NCBI RefSeq assembly: GCF_006345805.1
Contig: NW_021827787.1
Location: 1 to 10,115 of the forward strand
Direction of reading: 5' to 3'
From: Octopus sinensis
Taxonomy: Eukaryota
Length of the DNA: 10,115 nt
The first letter of the stretch is position 1, and each line of letters begins with the position of its first letter. Made by a program: the position numbers and the translations under genes. This document shows, one piece after another, positions 5,948 through 10,115 of this stretch. The notes beneath the pieces are model-generated. The model did not search any database. It saw only the letters and a program-made list of their open reading frames with translations, and had not been told where the DNA came from.

Positions 5948-6776
5948 GCCTTTGCACAGCTTCTAACACTAGAGATGTACAACAGTGTCAGCTGCTCAAT
6001 ATTTATTTTTCGAGCACCTTCTGGAGTATTCGAGCGGTTCGAAGCAGTGCTGTTTTCTGCAAGTATTCCACCCTTATTGCAGCCCCTATTTGTTTCACGT
6101 ACTTCTCGAGATTTTTGCTCACTGTTCCCAGGGCCCCGATAATTATTGGTACTACTACTACAACTGCTTAACCTCCCAAGCTAACCTGTCAAATCTCTCG
6201 ACTTTTCTTTCTTCCTTATCGCATACCTTGTTGTCAGCTGGGCTTGCTATATCTATGATCCAGCATAGTTTGTTTTCTTTCTCAATTAAGACTATGTCCA
6301 ACATTCTTTTCTCTATCTCATGGTCGCATTGAATCATAAAATCCCATAGGATCTTTGCATTTCTGTTTTGACGATGCCTTCAGGTTTGTGGTCGTACCTA
6401 TTTTTTTCTCTCTCACGTCCAAACTTGTTGCAAAGTGTTCAATGGACAAGCCTGGCTATATTGTCGTAGCGTCTCTTGTATTCCTTCTGGGCTTGTGGCG
6501 TACATTGACTGGTAATATGCCATAAGGTTTCACCATTTTGTCCACAGATTCTGCACTTACCACTTTCTGATGCGTTGTCTATTCTGTTTTTTATGTAGTT
6601 TGTTCTTAGTGCCTGCTCTTGGGCAGCACAGATTAGGGCCTCCGTTTACGGTTTTAAATCCCTTCTGATGTATTGTTGTTCTTATTTTATGTCCTCTGTC
6701 GGCAAATATTTCGTTACACATCCCGTGACAACTTCAATGAGTTTCCATTCCAATTGTCTCCGCCTGTTCTGTTTAG
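5948..6776 (-). pseudogene. Decayed R4/Dong-clade non-LTR retrotransposon 3' end: CCHC knuckle plus restriction-like endonuclease (RLE), short 3' UTR, (TAA)n tail
   Basis: Manual minus-strand translation gives TEALICAAQEQALRTNYIKNRID...KCRICGQNGETLWHITSQC...EYKRRYDNIARLVH*, then KILWDFMIQCDHEIEKRMLDIVLIEKENKLCWIIDIASPADNKVCDKEERK...VVVPIIIGALGTVSKNLEKY...LQKTALLRTARILQKVLEK* (stop at 6003-6005). It carries in-frame stops and frameshifts. Confidence 0.88.
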
Positions 6777-6990
6777 TCCATTGCGGTGCGAAGACCTCTC
6801 ACTGTGGCGGTTGCTGATGTGGAGCAGGATACGTTAAAACCGAATCGGCGAGGAGGGGGGGATTTGTGGTGGCGGATTAAAATGTTGCTCTCGTCATCAC
6901 GTGGTTTTAGGGTCCGATGACAGTTCTGTAAAGACGAACAAAGAAATACAACCAAAATAACTTCCGAAAGACAAACCGTGCTAAACAGCC

Positions 6991-7065
6991 TGTGCGTGTA
7001 CGTGTGTGTGTGTGTGTGCGTGTGTACGCGACTCTGTGTCTGTGAGTGTGTGTGAGTGTGTGAGT

Positions 7066-7117
<52 letters not shown>

Positions 7118-7136
7118 AGAGAAGAGAGAGAAGACA
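6991..7136. repeat. Compound (GT)n/(GTGA)n/(GA)n microsatellite
   Basis: Directly visible. Confidence 0.92.
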
Positions 7137-7202
7137 GAAATTCTCCATATAAATTAATATTAGTCTTGTTTTCTCACGCATCATTTACCCTATGTTTCTA
7201 TA

Positions 7203-8120
<918 letters not shown>

Positions 8121-8166
8121 GTTTGTGCATAAATATATTTGTTCATGGATGCCTGCATCAATACAG

Positions 8167-8167
<1 letters not shown>

Positions 8168-8234
<67 letters not shown>

Positions 8235-8331
8235 TTCTCTCACTCTCTATCTATCTATCTATCTATTTCTCTCACTCTCTATCTATCTATCATCTATCTG
8301 TCTATCTCTCTATCTATCTATCTATCCATCC

Positions 8332-8372
<41 letters not shown>

Positions 8373-8471
8373 ACTATCTATCTATCTATCTATCTATCTG
8401 TCTATCTATCTATCTATCTATCTAACTATCTATCTATCTATCTATCTATCTGTCTATCTATCTATCTATCC

Positions 8472-8528
<57 letters not shown>

Positions 8529-8575
8529 ACTATCTATCTATCTATCTATCTATCTGTCTATCTATCTATCTATCC

Positions 8576-8624
<49 letters not shown>

Positions 8625-8671
8625 ACTATCTATCTATCTATCTATCTATCTGTCTATCTATCTATCTATCC

Positions 8672-8708
<37 letters not shown>

Positions 8709-8832
8709 ACTATCTATCTATCTATCTATCTATCTATCTGTCTATCTATCTATCTATCTGTCTATCTATCTGTCTATCTGTCTGTCTTTCTATCTATCTC
8801 TCAACCTCTTTGTCTGACTATCTATCTATCTA
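8168..8832. repeat. Long (TATC)n / GATA tetranucleotide satellite with TAAC, TGTC and CATC variants
   Basis: Directly visible, ~660 bp. Confidence 0.97.
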
Positions 8833-9111
8833 TATATGTGTACACATAGGTGTGTATGCATGTGTGTTGGTGTGTGATGTATATGTGCATATATATATAT
8901 GCATGTTTATATGGATATATATATATAAGTATAGATATCACTACACGTATACATATATTTATGTATGTATACAGCTCTGCGTATGTATTTGTATATTTTG
9001 ATAAACGTATATATATACACCCATACACCCGCTCCGTGCGTTCGTGTCTGCTTAACACACTCTCTGTCTCTGCCCTCATATATTTACACTTACATATATA
9101 TATATATATTA

Positions 9112-9144
<33 letters not shown>

Positions 9145-9170
9145 CTAGATATATATACAATATGGTTATA

Positions 9171-9741
9171 TTTACAAATATGTATAACATACATATATAT
9201 ATAGATGTGTGTGTGTGTGGTGTTTATATATATGCTTATATATATAATGTATATATATATATACATATATGTGTATATTTACAAATATGTATACACATAC
9301 ATATATGTATATATAGATGTTGTGTGTGTGGTGTTTATATATATGCTTATATATATATGTATATATATATATACATATATGTGTATATTTACAAATATGT
9401 ATACACATACATATATATATATAGATGTGTGTGTGTGTGGTGTTTATATATATGCTTATATATATATATGTATATATATATACATATATGTGTATATTTA
9501 CAAATATGTATACACATACCTATATGTATATATAGATGTGTGTGTGTGTGGTGTTTTTATATATATGCTTATATATATATGTATATATATATACATATAT
9601 GTGTATATTTACAAATATGTATACACATACATATATATATAATATAGATGTGTGTGTGTGTGGTGTTTATATAATGCTTATATTATATGTATATATATAT
9701 ACATATATGTGTATATTTACAAATATGTATACACATACATA

Positions 9742-9772
<31 letters not shown>

Positions 9773-9775
9773 ATC
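9171..9775. repeat. ~109-bp minisatellite built from TA/TG microsatellite blocks, ~5.5 copies
   Basis: The anchor TTTACAAATATGTA starts at 9171, 9278, 9388, 9497, 9608 and 9716 (periods 107-111). Confidence 0.9.
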
Positions 9776-9901
9776 TATATGATTATATATACATACATAT
9801 ATATATATATTATATATTATATATTATATATTTATATATATATAGATATATATTATACATATTTGTAGATATACACATATATATAAGCATTCATATATTT
9901 G

Positions 9902-9967
<66 letters not shown>

Positions 9968-10115
9968 TTCCATATATACACCCATACACTCACACACACC
10001 ACAAATATATGCCCGAGTAATTTCTAAAATGCTAGTCTTTTATTACAGATATCCCCAGTATGTGATATTAAATAAGAGAACGGAATATGAGACGACTTGG
10101 AGGGGGGTGCGCAGT

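Overview
Repeat-saturated, non-genic eukaryotic DNA. The SINE types and microsatellite density look like a cephalopod (octopus) genome; this is inference from recall, not a search. No intact protein-coding gene is supported, and nearly all ORF-track entries are microsatellite artefacts. The window holds a 34-bp minisatellite, several tRNA-derived SINEs (two as head-to-tail dimers), an unclassified (AAT)n-associated repeat, a decayed L1/Tx1-type LINE 3' end (+) and a decayed R4/Dong-type LINE 3' end (-). About 3 kb of micro- and minisatellites follow. The main result is a ~2.5-unit array of a 356-bp monomer (4486-5738) nested in the Tx1-type 3' UTR and bounded by a 10-bp direct repeat. Each unit junction folds into a complete minimal type I hammerhead ribozyme with a non-canonical compensatory U3-A8 core (UUGACAA instead of CUGANGA) and a palindromic stem III. 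This is a retrozyme-like element predicted to release a 356-nt self-cleaved, possibly circular, RNA.
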